The notes below the pieces were generated by a model. It saw nothing but the letters and a program-made list of their open reading frames with translations, did no database searches and was not told the DNA's origin. Below, piece by piece: positions 61,665 to 64,000 of a DNA stretch of 64,000 nucleotides. The position numbers and the translations under genes were made by a program. Position 1 is the stretch's first letter; each line of letters begins with the position of its first letter. The DNA comes from Macrostomum hystrix (Eukaryota > Animalia > Platyhelminthes): positions 930,001-994,000 of the forward strand of contig CATNEN010000001.1 of assembly GCA_950097015.1 (NCBI GenBank). The letters run 5' to 3'.

Positions 61665-62889
61665 GCCGGTGTCCTGTCTCGTGATATTTGGATGGATTCG
61701 GAATTGCTGATGTGCGATGATATCACGATGATCTGCGATGATATCACGTCCTATGAGCCGGTGTCCTATGAGCCTATAATTTACATTGATAACATAATTC
61801 TCGATAATTAATAATTAATAAAATAAATAAATCTACAGCGCAAGTTTAATCGTTATCTTGTTATCTAAATACATAAGTTCTTATCTTGGTTATCTATTTC
61901 ATCATTTAAATAATATGAACTGACTGGCGGTTATGTGGTGTACATTGGCGATGACGCTTACTACAATAGTGACGTAATCGTAATCGATCAGTCTGATATA
62001 TAATTTCAAGTAAAGTTTATACAAGTTTCTCATGTAAAAAATCATAATTAAAAACGGATTCGTTTAAAAAAGTAAAGTACGCACGACTAATAAATTATTA
62101 TACGCTTACGTCTTGCTAGATATGCCAAGATAAACAATTAAAACATGCAAACTGGGTATGTAGTGCATAAAATCGTGCGTATTTTAACATAGACATATCT
62201 GCTTGGTACAGCTCGATTTTTCGCGATTTTTTTCTTCGTATCGAAATTTTTCCTTTTGAAAATACAGTCAGACGTTTTTGGTCATAGACACAAAAAAACG
62301 TCTGCCTATAAATTATATTGTATGCAGTATTTTTGCAAAAGTTCTTTAAGTAGCGTGGCTATATCTTATGTTATTTTCGCGAATGCAGATACGTATTCTC
62401 ATAAAAAGTGGCTTGTACTTTTTTTAACATGGACACATTTAGTTCCTAAAATGTTGAAAGGGGGGGTCTGGTCCAGCCAAGCCCCAGCCAAGGCCCCAGC
62501 AAGACCAAAACGGACCTCTGTTGTACGTGTATTCTAAATCGGTGCGAGTTTTCCCCAGAGACGACGACCCTAATTGGGATAGCCTATATAAAATGTTCTA
62601 TATTTAGAAATACACTACGGAGATCAAAAAAAGGTCATTCGGCTTTTTGCGCGCTACTATTTACAGCCATAGACGTGTGCAAGAAATACACTAAGGAGAT
62701 AAAAAATGTATTTTCAGCTACGCATGCGCCTGCTGTAAGTAGTAGCTATAGCAGTGCAGAAACTGGCTAGTCAGTGAGTTGCAGCTAGAAGAAGCTGCAA
62801 ATTTGGATTTCGGCTTTGGTTTTTGGCTTTGGATGCTTCAGTTTCTTCGAACTGATCTCAACTGAAAAGCACTCTGGTACCATTCATTG

Positions 62890-63372
62890 ACATGTTACTT
62901 TCGCGAAAACATAATTGGAGGATAGTGAAATCGAGGGAGAGTGAAGAGAGGATCAGATCGAAGGAATAGGAAGATAGGGAGGGAGGGGAGGAAAGCGAAG
63001 GTAGGGGAGGAAGCTAGGACAGAGTGAAGGGAGGATATGAGAGTGAGACACCACCACCTACCCAACCACCTGCACTCTGCATCCACCCACCCAAATTCGT
63101 ACGACTGATTCATTGTACTGATGTGTTACTTTTGCGAAAACATATTTGGAGGATAGTACAGGAGGAAATTGATAGAGAGGGAGAGTGAATAGAGGATCAG
63201 GGTAGATCGAAGAAAGGAAGAGGAGGAAAGCGAAGGTAGGGGAGGAAGCTAGGACAGAGTGAAGGGAGGATATGAGAGTGAGACAACATGCACCACCTAC
63301 CCAACCTGCACCTGCACTCTGCATCCACCCACCCAACACCACACACCACACCACACCACACCACACCACACC
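62890..63372. repeat. About 235-bp purine-rich tandem duplication followed by (CACCA)n
   Basis: 62891-63090 recurs at about 63123-63335. Confidence 0.85.
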
Positions 63373-63494
63373 CTAGCTGCAGCACTCCAATTATAAGAGT
63401 TTATGGACTTAGAGAATTTATAAACGTAAATTCTCGACCGTCCCAAGGCTTAAATAGTGTAGCGGGATCGGGGCGGGATAGAGGGAGCCAGTTA

Positions 63495-63888
63495 GTATAT
63501 ACTCTAAAGAAAGGTGCGCGCTGTACACTTTCGCTGGAGGCAATATGACGGAGATTATATCTAGATCGGGCTTGATGACGACTAATAATTACTAGATGAC
63601 CGAAAATGCATGGTGTTTCTATTTTTAGCCTAAGGCGCACCTTTCTTAAGAGTATATACTGACTGACTGGCTTGCGTGCCCCATAGACTTCAATAGGCTG
63701 CCATTTAAATACACACGAGCCAGCTTGTATATACTCTTAAGAAAGGTGCGCCTTAAGCTAAAAATAGAATCGAATCGCCCGGGGTTCAGCCAGCCCGGCT
63801 ATACTAGCCCCCATATGCAGACGACGTCGAGTAGCGAAGTCGAGTAGCGAAAAAACAGCTCGCGCACCTTTCTTTAGAGTATATATAT
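63495..63888. repeat. Four alternating-orientation copies of GTATATACTCT(A/T)AAGAAAGGTGCGC
   Basis: Forward at 63495 and 63727, reverse ending at 63659 and about 63886; inner pair forms a near-perfect 43-bp inverted repeat. Confidence 0.88.
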
Positions 63889-63972
63889 ACCTGCCTGTAT
63901 AGCATTTACTACTCCACCAGCCACACCAACTAAAAGCTCTGGGGACGGTCGAAAATTTTATCACTGACTTTA

Positions 63973-64000
63973 TGCTGATGTTCCTGAACCTGCGCCAACC
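63973..64000 (+). other. Start of another copy or fragment of the Rep-like gene 7
   Basis: 27 of 28 nt identical to 49701-49728. Confidence 0.6.

Larger units (their letters stand above)
60146..62450. mobile_element. Third copy of the element cassette (gene 2 3' end, gene 3, gene 4, conserved non-coding blocks)
   Basis: Colinear with about 9478-11100, then segments matching 12410-12540 and 11480-11810. Confidence 0.85.

Noticed and set aside
1-64000. Naming the host species
   Set aside because: Composition and Ala/Gln-rich coding style recall a flatworm such as Macrostomum, but nothing in the window is diagnostic without a search.

Overview
Repeat-dense eukaryotic (invertebrate metazoan-type) DNA with GT-AG introns and no rRNA or CRISPR. 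The only host-type gene is a damaged HES/hairy-like bHLH gene at about 0.9-1.3 kb. Known transposon classes are nested throughout: hAT remnants, a Crypton/DUF3504 tyrosine-recombinase pseudogene, two Tc1/mariner elements with TIRs and TA duplications (one with an apparently intact 4-exon transposase), a Gypsy, two BEL/Pao elements and an RNase H-bearing LINE. The main unexplained structure is a multi-copy, multi-gene, virus-like element family at about 7.0-29.1, 44.8-52.3 and 60.1-64 kb. It carries (i) about 100-bp tandem arrays built on the perfect palindrome GTATTTTCGCGAAAATAC; (ii) a 3-exon, about 948-aa zinc-finger plus divergent tyrosine recombinase; (iii) a paralogous zinc-finger-only protein; (iv) a spliced Rep-like protein with an SF3 helicase; (v) a protein with 7 tandem acidic DDxLLYAAAEEAE helices resembling RPA70N-binding motifs; and (vi) a conserved cassette of small divergently paired genes. 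I cannot assign this combination to Polinton, Helitron, Crypton or DIRS. All family calls come from motif recognition by eye; no searches were run.
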